A stretch of 64,000 bases of DNA, taken from the NCBI GenBank assembly GCA_964362665.1, contig CAYIFB010000002.1, positions 14,404-78,403 of the forward strand. The letters are read 5' to 3'. A program made the position numbers and the translations under genes. The notes under the pieces are model-generated. The model worked only from the letters and a program-made list of their open reading frames with translations, was not told where the DNA came from and did not search any database. The stretch comes from an uncultured Gammaproteobacteria bacterium. GTDB lineage: Bacteria; Patescibacteriota; Microgenomatia; 2-02-FULL-39-11. Positions within the stretch are counted from its first letter, which is position 1. Each line of letters starts with the position of its first letter. Shown one piece after another: positions 37,641 through 46,021 of the stretch.

Positions 37641-37674
37641 TATTCCAAAATAGAATATGCCAAAATGGAATATA
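37641..37674. promoter_or_regulatory. candidate C-box operator: tandem 13-nt repeats CCAAAAT(A/G)GAATA
   Basis: Two direct repeats separated by 2 nt, 30-60 nt upstream of the C-protein start. Confidence 0.35.
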
Positions 37675-37731
37675 CGTACAGAAATTTCTGCGGGGTCTTT
37701 AAATTTTAAAATTTCGAGCCGATGCGTTTGC

Positions 37732-37839
37732 AGGCGCGTCGGGCGGGGGCGACGCGCCGACCATGCGAGCCCCGCCGGAGGCGGGGCGAGCTAGGAGTCA
37801 GCGAGAAAATAGGTTCGAACTTTTTCATAAATCACTGCA
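37732..37839. repeat. inverted repeat A (108 bp)
   Basis: Reverse complement of 32091..32198. Overlaps repeat B by the 5-nt CTGCA. Confidence 0.9.
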
Positions 37840-37936
37840 GAAAGAGAATTCGAGGCTCCGCCGGATGGTTGGCTCTGCGCGGGTGGGGTCGCGCAGAGTG
37901 TTTGGAAGGGCTCGCGGAAAACGGCCGAGAGCCGCC
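37835..37936. repeat. inverted repeat B (102 bp), partner of 39379..39480
   Basis: Exact reverse-complement identity. Begins with CTGCAG. Confidence 0.9.
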
Positions 37937-37982
37937 GAAGACAAAAAGAAGGAAAGACCCCGCAGAAATTTCTTTTCATTAT

Positions 37983-39503
37983 ATGAAATACATTGCGTAC
38001 TGTAGAAGATCGACTGATGAGAAAGATAGGCAAGTTCTGTCTATAGAGGCGCAAATTGCAGAAATTAAAGAATACGCAAAGCGGGAGCAGGTAGATATCG
38101 CTGAATTCATCACCGAGTCTAGAACCGCCAAGGAGCCGGGCCGTCCATTATTTGCCGATCTTATAGGTAAAATTGAACGGGGACTGGCCTCTGGCATTAT
38201 CGCATGGCATCCTGATAGACTTGCCCGTAATTCTATAGACGGCGGCCGGATTATTTACCTTATCGACATCGGCAAGCTCGGCGGGCTCAAATTTCCGACG
38301 TTTTGGTTTGAAAATACGCCGCAGGGAAAATTCATGCTCTCAATCGCCTTCGGCCAGTCCAAATATTACGTCGATAACCTCTCGGAAAATGTGAAGCGCG
38401 GCATCCGGCAGAAGCTGAGAAACGGCGTGTGGCCGCATAATGCACCGCTTGGCTATCTCAACGATCTTAAAGTGCATTCCATTCTCGTTGATCCAAAGAC
38501 CGCGCCGCTCGTGCAGAAATCATTTAAACGATTTGCGTCGCGCACTGTTTCATTTACTGATATTGCGCGCATGTTTGCTGATAGCGGAATTCGTAGGAAA
38601 AGCGGCCGCATTATTCATATCAACACAGTGCGCAACATGCTCGCCAACAGATTTTATATCGGGCAAATGATTCATCTTGGCGAATATTACGATGGTACGC
38701 ATGAACAGATTATTGATCGAAATTTATTTTATAAGGTACAGACGGAGCTAATGCGTATTGAGCGTCCGCATTTCAAGGGACATCATTTTCCGTTTGTGGG
38801 ACTTGCGCGGTGCGGAGAGTGCGGCGGGGCAATTACCGGAGAAATCCATACAAAATATTATCGCACCACCCGAGGAAAAGTTACATACACATATTACCGA
38901 TGTACGAAGAAATTTGGTCCGTGTTTTAGTAGGTATCTTACCGATTCCGAATTTGAGAAACAGATTCGAGTATTGGTTGCTTCGGTTGGATTGCCGCAGG
39001 AGTGGGAGAGTGAGTGGCGGCAGAAATTTACTATGGATTCGGAATCGGAAAAGATTGGGGCAGAGAAACGGCGGCAAGTTTTGGAATTAAAATTAGCGGA
39101 TATAAATGGAAAGCTCGATCTGTTGCTCGATGGACTTCTTGATCAGACGATTGATCAGGGTGCATATCGGAAAAAGAAAAATACGCTTTCAGAAAATAAG
39201 CGTCAAACGGATGAAGAAAAGAAAGATATTTTGTCGGGGAAAAATAAACGGCTCGAACTCATGAAGGAATTTATAGACAGCGCCTTTCAGGCGCATAAAA
39301 TCGCGCGCGCAGACAATGCCTGCGAAGATTTGGCAATCTTCGCCAAACGCATCGGCTCGAACTTCTTTTTGAAAGACCGGCGGCTCTCGGCCGTTTTCCG
39401 CGAGCCCTTCCAAACACTCTGCGCGACCCCACCCGCGCAGAGCCAACCATCCGGCGGAGCCTCGAATTCTCTTTCTGCAGGTCCGCAGCGATTCGAACGC
39501 TGA
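37983..39503 (+). CDS. large serine recombinase (resolvase/invertase-type catalytic domain + recombinase domain + zinc ribbon + coiled coil)
   Basis: MKYIAYCRRSTDEKDRQVLSIEAQ contains the catalytic Ser. The resolvase core is followed by a recombinase domain, a CGECGG...C zinc ribbon and a coiled coil. The upstream extension of the ORF (from 37722) lies inside repeats A/B and was rejected. Confidence 0.85.
   Translation: MKYIAYCRRSTDEKDRQVLSIEAQIAEIKEYAKREQVDIAEFITESRTAKEPGRPLFADLIGKIERGLASGIIAWHPDRLARNSIDGGRIIYLIDIGKLGGLKFPTFWFENTPQGKFMLSIAFGQSKYYVDNLSENVKRGIRQKLRNGVWPHNAPLGYLNDLKVHSILVDPKTAPLVQKSFKRFASRTVSFTDIARMFADSGIRRKSGRIIHINTVRNMLANRFYIGQMIHLGEYYDGTHEQIIDRNLFYKVQTELMRIERPHFKGHHFPFVGLARCGECGGAITGEIHTKYYRTTRGKVTYTYYRCTKKFGPCFSRYLTDSEFEKQIRVLVASVGLPQEWESEWRQKFTMDSESEKIGAEKRRQVLELKLADINGKLDLLLDGLLDQTIDQGAYRKKKNTLSENKRQTDEEKKDILSGKNKRLELMKEFIDSAFQAHKIARADNACEDLAIFAKRIGSNFFLKDRRLSAVFREPFQTLCATPPAQSQPSGGASNSLSAGPQRFER
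39379..39480. repeat. inverted repeat B' (102 bp)
   Basis: Reverse complement of 37835..37936. Encodes the last ~35 codons of the recombinase and ends inside the tRNA-Trp 3' end. Confidence 0.9.
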
Positions 39504-39548
39504 ATAAGGGTTTTGGAGACCCTTGTGATACCATTTCACTACGGACCT
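39478..39548 (-). tRNA. trnW: tRNA-Trp (anticodon CCA)
   Basis: Folded by hand. Acceptor AGGUCCG/CGGACCU (7 bp), U8, D-stem GUGA/UCAC, anticodon stem AGGGU/ACCCU with loop CUCCAAA, 4-nt variable loop, T-arm CAGCG-UUCGAAU-CGCUG, discriminator G. The anticodon loop is identical to E. coli tRNA-Trp. CCA is not encoded. Confidence 0.8.
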
Positions 39549-39612
39549 ATTTTTAGTTTTCCCAGAATGGATTATTAATCAGCCTCATGAGTATTATAAC
39601 AAATTTTTGCGC

Positions 39613-40197
39613 TTACTGGATGAATTTAAAGGAAGAGATGGCGTTCTGGAATGTGGTGCCGTAGCCTGCGATAATCACTTCTTCATCTCGCGAGGGATGT
39701 TTGACTATTACCTCATCGCGGGGGGAATTATCGCTATTTGTATCATGATAAAGCGTTGCCGGCTGGCCATCGACGATAATTGATTCAATTTTTTCCGCCT
39801 TCACAGGAGGGATGGGAATTTTTTCTGAGCAGGCGACAGCGATTGATATTTTATCATCATCGGGATTGGTAAAAATAATGGATTTTTCGTTTGTAGACTG
39901 TTGCCGGATGAAGTTTCCCGGATAGGAAAAGGAAACGCCGCAGGTTTTATCGGTAAAGGTGATTTTGGAGGAGGAAACAGGAGTTAAAGCTGCACTGATG
40001 GTTGATATGACCGTCGGAGAGAGAAATAAAGTTGGAGTTGGTATTTTTGATGGGGTAATTATAGAAGTCGGAGAAAGATTTGTTGATATTTTCGACTGGG
40101 TGATGCCGATTTTTTTGCCTAAATTTACTCCGACCAAAAAGACTGCGACGATACTCAGGAAAAAAATGAGAAAGATGGTGCCTTTGGCCATTTTCAA
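39613..40197 (-). CDS. hypothetical membrane-anchored protein
   Basis: N-terminal TM helix. Low-complexity Ser/Thr/Pro segment. Confidence 0.35.
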   Translation of the reverse strand: MKMAKGTIFLIFFLSIVAVFLVGVNLGKKIGITQSKISTNLSPTSIITPSKIPTPTLFLSPTVISTISAALTPVSSSKITFTDKTCGVSFSYPGNFIRQQSTNEKSIIFTNPDDDKISIAVACSEKIPIPPVKAEKIESIIVDGQPATLYHDTNSDNSPRDEVIVKHPSRDEEVIIAGYGTTFQNAISSFKFIQ

Positions 40198-40208
40198 ATA
40201 ACAGTAAT

Positions 40209-40382
40209 TTAGTCTAACTTATCCGATTCCTTGTGTTGTGTAGCTTTGCGGCAGCGCCGGCAATATTTATGCAATTCCAGCTTGTCTTTGACGTTCAGCT
40301 TATTTTTGGTCGTGACGTAATTCTGGCTTTTGCAGTCTTTACAAACTAAAGCGATAATGATTCTTTGTTCTTTTTTGGCCAT
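40209..40382 (-). CDS. rpmG: 50S ribosomal protein L33
   Basis: Not in the ORF track (57 aa). [30 protein letters not shown]...[18 protein letters not shown] matches the L33 pattern C..C..NY..KNK.N...LELKKYC..C.K.T.H.E. Confidence 0.8.
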   Translation of the reverse strand: MAKKEQRIIIALVCKDCKSQNYVTTKNKLNVKDKLELHKYCRRCRKATQHKESDKLD

Positions 40383-40428
40383 ACTTCGATTCTCTCAGTA
40401 CAAGTACTTCGATTCCCTCAGTACAAGT
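40383..40428. repeat. 23-nt direct tandem repeat x2 in the rpmG 5' region
   Basis: acttcgattctctcagtacaagt / acttcgattccctcagtacaagt. Confidence 0.6.
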
Positions 40429-40577
40429 GTAGAGATTATATAAAATTATATAGTAAGTAGCAAGTATGAAGAATCGAGTATCAACTCCGGAGGACTGATG
40501 CGAGGGTATTGACAAACAGTTTTATTTTGTTTAGTCTTAATATATTGGTGGAAATTTAATCAGAATATAGCCTTAAA

Positions 40578-41297
40578 ATGAAAAAAGTTCTGCGTAAAAT
40601 AAGTTTTGCCGTACTTATCAATCTGACTCTGATGTTGGTTGTAGTTACAGGTCAGGCGAAGGCTGAGCCTTACGGATGGAGTCCTCAAACAGATTTTTCC
40701 AATCAGGGTCCGCCTCAATGTACAGATGCCAAGCCGGATAAGGCACCAATCCTTCTTCAGCCGAACCATCCTAAACTGCCAAAGAAAGCAACGAAAGCAG
40801 GAGAGGTTGTTTTATATTGGCATAAAGTTCCCGGAGCAACAGGTTATAATATCTATTACGGTTTGTCCCCGAAAAATTATATTTACACAGCTCCCGATAT
40901 TGGCGATACCGATAATTTCACTATAGGTTATCTGGCCAATAAAAACTACTATTTTGCCGTTCAGGCGAAAAAAGGCTGTGCGGCCTCGTCTATATCAAAT
41001 GAATGGATAGGCCGTCCCGGAAAAGGCGGGTATTATACTGCCGTCGCCAAGTATACTCCTATTAAAAAAACAACCGCTCCATATGTTCCAACCTCAGCAG
41101 GAACGACAGTAGTCATACCTACAACCGCTCCTCAGGTGCAGGGAATAAGCACGGAGAAACAGCCAACAACAGTAAAAAACAACTATCAAGCACCGAAGAA
41201 TACTGTATACCAACCACAACCGACTGCCGTTGTTCCAACCCAGGCACCAAAACCAAAAGGTCTATGGCAGCAATTTCTAGGTATCTTCGGTCTCTAA
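40578..41297 (+). CDS. secreted hypothetical protein (beta-sandwich-like N-domain, Thr/Pro/Gln-rich tail)
   Basis: Signal peptide. No recognised catalytic motif. Confidence 0.35.
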   Translation: MKKVLRKISFAVLINLTLMLVVVTGQAKAEPYGWSPQTDFSNQGPPQCTDAKPDKAPILLQPNHPKLPKKATKAGEVVLYWHKVPGATGYNIYYGLSPKNYIYTAPDIGDTDNFTIGYLANKNYYFAVQAKKGCAASSISNEWIGRPGKGGYYTAVAKYTPIKKTTAPYVPTSAGTTVVIPTTAPQVQGISTEKQPTTVKNNYQAPKNTVYQPQPTAVVPTQAPKPKGLWQQFLGIFGL

Positions 41298-41376
41298 AGA
41301 AAAAGCAATTAAACTAGTGCTCCAAAAGTTCACCTTCCTTATTTTCTGATGGCAGTTTATAATATTAATTATTCAT

Positions 41377-42681
41377 ATGGGTATGTTCAGACGTATCGTT
41401 AATAGCCAGATGACGCGTGGAAGCGTCATTATTTTTATCGGAACAAATATCGGAAATTTTATCAATTTGCTTTTCAATTTTTCGATGGGAAGATTACTCG
41501 GTCCGGTAAAATATGGCGAATTAGGTGCGCTGTTTTCTTCCTCAATTCTCATAGGAGTATTGCTTAGTATTCTCAGTCTTTTTACCGTAAAGGCGGTTTC
41601 TTCGTACTGGGGTAAAAAGGATCTTGGTAAAATACGCGCTTTTCATACGTTTCTGACGCCCAGACTTTTTTTATTGAGTTTTTTAATTTGCATATTATTA
41701 TTGATTATTACTCCCAAGATGAGCGGATTTCTGTATCTAGACAGTTTCACTCCTTTTATTTTAGTAGCGTTATCATTTATTTTAAGCGGACCCGCCACCT
41801 TCAATAAAGGAATACTTCAGGGAGTACTTGCTTTTTCATACGTCACCGTAAACGGAGTAGTTGAGGTAGTGCTGAAACTGATAATATCGGTTATCCTGGT
41901 GATTTTAAATTTTGGATTAATTGCTCCGGTATTAGGAGCGCTGCTTGGAGGGATGGTAGGCTATATATTAACTGTGGTGGAGTTGAAGATCATTTTCAGG
42001 GATGTGGTATATAAAAAAAACAGCCTTGTTTCATGGGATTTGCTGAAATCTTTTTTTCCGGTGACTTTAGCCAGTCTGACTTTGGCGGTATTTTTAAATA
42101 TTGATATTATTTTAGTACGGCATTTTTTTTCGGGAAGTATTGCCGGCGAGTATGTAGCTCTTTCTACAATCAGCAAAATTATTTTTTACGGAATTGGACC
42201 GGTTATTTCAGTGATGTTTCCCCTGATTTCGACTAGGTCAAGCAACGGCCTGCCTTACCTTATTCCGCTTTTAGGTACTTTGGTGATATCGCTCGGGCTT
42301 TCTGCGGTCATTATGTTTATTTTCTTTCTCTTCCCGAAGCTGGTTATCGGCCTTCTTTTTGGCGGTAGTTACCTCAGTATCACTGCGTATTTAGGTCTTT
42401 TTTCCTTTTTTATCACCATCTTCAGTCTTAATTCTATTCTGACTTACTTTCTTTTATCCGTCTCGTATTACCGGCCAATCTACCCGCTTTTTCTCATTTC
42501 CCTGTTGCAAGGGGTTTTTATTTTCATATTTCATGATAATATATGGCAGGTGATTTGGGTAAATATCGCAGTCAGCATTCTCTATTTTATGGTAATTTCT
42601 TTTTTTGTGTTGAAAAAAGAAGGAAGTTTTATTAATAAGTTTATATTTAATAAATTATCCGGTCATATTTATGCAGAATAA
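41377..42681 (+). CDS. Wzx-like polysaccharide flippase (MOP superfamily)
   Basis: 434 aa with ~12 predicted TM helices. The N-terminus resembles PF01943 polysaccharide biosynthesis proteins. Confidence 0.5.
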   Translation: MGMFRRIVNSQMTRGSVIIFIGTNIGNFINLLFNFSMGRLLGPVKYGELGALFSSSILIGVLLSILSLFTVKAVSSYWGKKDLGKIRAFHTFLTPRLFLLSFLICILLLIITPKMSGFLYLDSFTPFILVALSFILSGPATFNKGILQGVLAFSYVTVNGVVEVVLKLIISVILVILNFGLIAPVLGALLGGMVGYILTVVELKIIFRDVVYKKNSLVSWDLLKSFFPVTLASLTLAVFLNIDIILVRHFFSGSIAGEYVALSTISKIIFYGIGPVISVMFPLISTRSSNGLPYLIPLLGTLVISLGLSAVIMFIFFLFPKLVIGLLFGGSYLSITAYLGLFSFFITIFSLNSILTYFLLSVSYYRPIYPLFLISLLQGVFIFIFHDNIWQVIWVNIAVSILYFMVISFFVLKKEGSFINKFIFNKLSGHIYAE

Positions 42682-43453
42682 AACCCCGCCGCATAAACTT
42701 TCGGTCATTATCCCTGCTTATAAACAATCGAAGACCATCGTCAGAGATGTCAGACGGATTGAGAAGATACTTTCTCAAATCCGTTATCCTTATGAAATTA
42801 TTGTCGTAGTTGACGGGTATGGTGACGGTACTTATAGATCAGCTAAACAAATCAAATCTCAAAAAGTTAAAGTGATGGTTTACATGAAAAATCAAGGTAA
42901 AGGCCACGCCGTAAGACTTGGTATGTCGATGGCCACCGGAGATTATATTGCTTTTATTGATGCCGGGATGGAGATAGACCCAAACGGCATTTCCATGCTC
43001 CTCGAGCATATGGAGTGGTATAACGCGGATATTATTGTGGGTTCCAAGAGGCACCCTGCATCTGTAGTAAATTATCCATTGCAGAGGAAAATATTAAGCG
43101 TGGGGTATCAATATATAGTCTGGTTCTTGTTTCATCTGAGCGTTCGTGATACTCAGGCCGGAATAAAAATATTTAAAAGTAAAGTCCTAATTAAAATTCT
43201 GCCAAGACTTTTGGTCAAGCAATATGCGTTTGATCTGGAAATGCTGGCTGTAGCGACAAGATTGGGATTTAAAAGAATATACGAAGCTCCTATAAAATTG
43301 GGCTATAATTTCGGCGATCTGACTCATGCTGCAACCATCAATACCATCCGGCATATCCTGGTGGATACGCTGGCTATTTTTTACCGGACATACATTCTTC
43401 ATTATTATGATAATAAGGGAGGGTGGAGGAAGAGAATCAGTGAAATCCATTAA
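42671..43453 (+). CDS. GT2 glycosyltransferase (Dpm1/ArnC-like)
   Basis: LSVIIPAYKQ...VVDGYGDGT and a DAG/DxD motif. Confidence 0.7.
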   Translation: MQNKTPPHKLSVIIPAYKQSKTIVRDVRRIEKILSQIRYPYEIIVVVDGYGDGTYRSAKQIKSQKVKVMVYMKNQGKGHAVRLGMSMATGDYIAFIDAGMEIDPNGISMLLEHMEWYNADIIVGSKRHPASVVNYPLQRKILSVGYQYIVWFLFHLSVRDTQAGIKIFKSKVLIKILPRLLVKQYAFDLEMLAVATRLGFKRIYEAPIKLGYNFGDLTHAATINTIRHILVDTLAIFYRTYILHYYDNKGGWRKRISEIH

Positions 43454-44375
43454 ATTTTCTATAATTATTCCTTTCAAAAAACCCACTGTCTATCTTTACG
43501 AGTGCCTGACAAAAATAGGAAAACAATCATACCGGAATTTTGAGGTTATTCTTCTGCCGGACAAAAAAGAAAAATTCACTTACTCCAAATCGAGAGTTAT
43601 TCCTACCGGTCAAATCGGTCCTGCAGAAAAAAGAGATATAGGCGCCAAAAAATCAACAGGTGACATTCTGGCTTTTATCGATGATGATGCGTATCCGGAG
43701 AAAGACTGGTTAAAGAATATGGTGAAAAACTTCGCAGTTGCAGAAATAGCAGCAGTTGGTGGTCCAGGAGTTACTCCTGCTGATGTATCGTGGCAGGAAC
43801 AGGCATCGGGCTGGTTTGCGGCTTCTCCCTTTGGCGGGGGATCTTATTCCTATCGATTTTTGCCGGCTGTCAAGCGGTTTATTGACGATTATCCTTCAAT
43901 GAATCTGGCCGTCCGAAAATCTGATTTTTTGAAAGTTGGCGGTTTCGATTCCGGTTATTGGCCTGGAGAGGATACCAAACTTTGTCTGGATTTGACTTAT
44001 AAGTTGGGGAAGAAAATTATCTATGACCCGGACGTATTGGTTTATCATCACCGTCGGGAACTATGGGGTTCACACCTGCGGCAAAACGGAAATTATGGTC
44101 TGCACCGTGGCTATTTTGCTAAAGTATTACCCAAAACTTCCTTCCGACTGGTGTATTTTCTACCCTCATTTCTTGTACTTGGGCTGTTCCTCTTCCCAAA
44201 AGTTGTCGTGCCGGCATATGGTTTACTTTTAGTGATCAATGCATTTTGGATAGCAGCTAAATCCCGGAGTTTATTTCAAGGCTTGATTTCCATGCCGGTC
44301 GTCTTTCTGACGCACTTTTGGTACGGAGTACGATTTATACAGGGGTTTTTATTTACCAGGCGCCTCACTCATTAA
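43440..44375 (+). CDS. GT2 glycosyltransferase (GTG start after AGGGAGG RBS)
   Basis: FSIIIPFKK...FIDDDAYPE (DxD). An RBS at 43422-43430 supports the GTG start at 43440 over the ORF-track ATG at 43326, which overlaps the upstream gene by 128 nt. Confidence 0.6.
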   Translation: MKSIKFSIIIPFKKPTVYLYECLTKIGKQSYRNFEVILLPDKKEKFTYSKSRVIPTGQIGPAEKRDIGAKKSTGDILAFIDDDAYPEKDWLKNMVKNFAVAEIAAVGGPGVTPADVSWQEQASGWFAASPFGGGSYSYRFLPAVKRFIDDYPSMNLAVRKSDFLKVGGFDSGYWPGEDTKLCLDLTYKLGKKIIYDPDVLVYHHRRELWGSHLRQNGNYGLHRGYFAKVLPKTSFRLVYFLPSFLVLGLFLFPKVVVPAYGLLLVINAFWIAAKSRSLFQGLISMPVVFLTHFWYGVRFIQGFLFTRRLTH

Positions 44376-45877
44376 TTATTTTCACTATGCACCGTGAGGT
44401 TATACATGTGATTGCGGACTCTTCTGATTGCTCTCCAGCCATAGGTAAACAAAAATTGCCAGTCGCGCTTGCGGAAATTAAAAAGAAATAGAATTTGCCT
44501 TAAAATAAATTTAGGGTGATAAGCAATGCTGTACATTTTTTTCACCGCTTCATAATAACGATCGTGGGGAATGGGAGTTTTTACGATAATCTTACTCATA
44601 TCGTGGTCGTCATAATTTTTCGTCAGTAATACCTTTTTACTTATACATTCGAGATGATATGGCGTAAAATCAAGCGGGGTACAGAGTGTCACTTGAAGCG
44701 TCCGGGCAAGGCCTTTAAACATCAGTTTCTCCACAAACTTTACCGTTTTATCAAGCATCTCCTGAGTTTCCCAATAATAGCCGACCATGATAGTCAGATG
44801 CGGGTGAAGCCCGTATTTTGTCAGCCAGCGAAGGGTAGGCTCGATATACTGATTTTGGTATCCTTTATTCAGCCTTCTCAATGTTTCATCACTGGCCGAT
44901 TCCAGACCGATGAGGACAAAACGGAAATTGGCTTTGGCCAGAAGTTTTATAGTTTCTTCATCGAGATATTCAAATCTGGTATTAAAACCAAAATAACAAT
45001 TCCTTTTGTGAAGTCCGCGGTCGATAATCCCTTGGGCAAACGCTCTGGCATCCGAGCCCCGGTACCACACTCCCGAATCATCAAAAATTTCCCTGACACC
45101 ATATTTATTGATGAGCATTTCGTATTCATCCAGACTTTTTTTCACGGACATCTTGGAGAATGTAAATTCCGGTCCGTTATACCTGCAAAAGGTACATTTG
45201 CCAAACATGCAGTCCCTGATGACGCTTGTGGCGTAAGTGCCGGGAGTCTGCAAATAATTTCCGTTTTCATAGGCATAATTTTTCCAGCTCACGAGATCCC
45301 TGTCTACCAAGGGCGATTTTTCCAGAGGCTGTACCTGCCGGAAGGCCCCGGTATCCCGTATTTTATTTTTGTTTACCCTGATAGTGAAGCCTTCGATGGT
45401 GCAAGTATTTCTCCAATCAGGATTTTTCTCAATAAAGGGAATAAGGCTGACAAGCGCAAAATCAACGTGGTTGCTTTTTAAAACGACGTCTGTGGCGGAT
45501 TTTTCTAAAGTTTCCTGCGGCCGTTTCATGGAGTGATACCCTGTCATGATAAAAATTGTTTTAGGCAGTTTTTTTCGAAGATCATTTGTCGTTTTCCAGT
45601 AAAATTTCATGACCGGGGTGGTACTTTCAAATACAACAACATCGGGTTGCCACTCCACAAGTTCTTGAAACCATTGCTCTAAACTTTTCAGTTGAGAGTT
45701 CCCGTCATCCCACCTGACATCATGACCCATGTCTCTCAGCCACGTGGCCGCCTGTGCTTCGATAACCGGCAGTAAGTAGGTAGGAGTTTTGAAAAACTGC
45801 ACGTTGCGGTTCTGGGACACCATGGCTTTTTGTCCCCGTTTATTGATGATTGGAGGATAAGAAATGGCTATTTTCAT
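44372..45877 (-). CDS. B12-binding-domain radical-SAM-like protein (non-canonical Cx4Cx2C)
   Basis: N-terminal Rossmann-like B12-binding region. The RDCMFGKCTFC cluster sits in the position of the rSAM motif. Confidence 0.45.
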   Translation of the reverse strand: MKIAISYPPIINKRGQKAMVSQNRNVQFFKTPTYLLPVIEAQAATWLRDMGHDVRWDDGNSQLKSLEQWFQELVEWQPDVVVFESTTPVMKFYWKTTNDLRKKLPKTIFIMTGYHSMKRPQETLEKSATDVVLKSNHVDFALVSLIPFIEKNPDWRNTCTIEGFTIRVNKNKIRDTGAFRQVQPLEKSPLVDRDLVSWKNYAYENGNYLQTPGTYATSVIRDCMFGKCTFCRYNGPEFTFSKMSVKKSLDEYEMLINKYGVREIFDDSGVWYRGSDARAFAQGIIDRGLHKRNCYFGFNTRFEYLDEETIKLLAKANFRFVLIGLESASDETLRRLNKGYQNQYIEPTLRWLTKYGLHPHLTIMVGYYWETQEMLDKTVKFVEKLMFKGLARTLQVTLCTPLDFTPYHLECISKKVLLTKNYDDHDMSKIIVKTPIPHDRYYEAVKKMYSIAYHPKFILRQILFLFNFRKRDWQFLFTYGWRAIRRVRNHMYNLTVHSENN

Positions 45878-46021
45878 AAAATAATTGCTAATGATTTGCT
45901 CGCATATAAATTTTTCAGACTCTGCAACTCGTGCTCGGTAAACCCCTTATCTTCTGTCCATTTACATTGGTATTCTCGCACTCAAATGCAGAGATCTTCA
46001 AAATTTATATTACTGCGCAAG

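Larger units (their letters stand above)
32085..39548. mobile_element. higher-GC genomic island integrated at tRNA-Trp: serine recombinase, R-M system, LexA-like repressor, accessory genes, nested long inverted repeats
   Basis: Abrupt GC shift at ~32.08 kb and at the tRNA at 39.5 kb. The recombinase C-terminus overlaps the tRNA 3' end. Perfect 108-bp and 102-bp inverted repeats partition the island. Confidence 0.55.

Noticed and set aside
43326-43439. ATG start at 43326 for the second GT2
   Set aside because: It would overlap the upstream gene by 128 nt. A GTG at 43440 preceded by an AGGGAGG RBS gives a compact junction.
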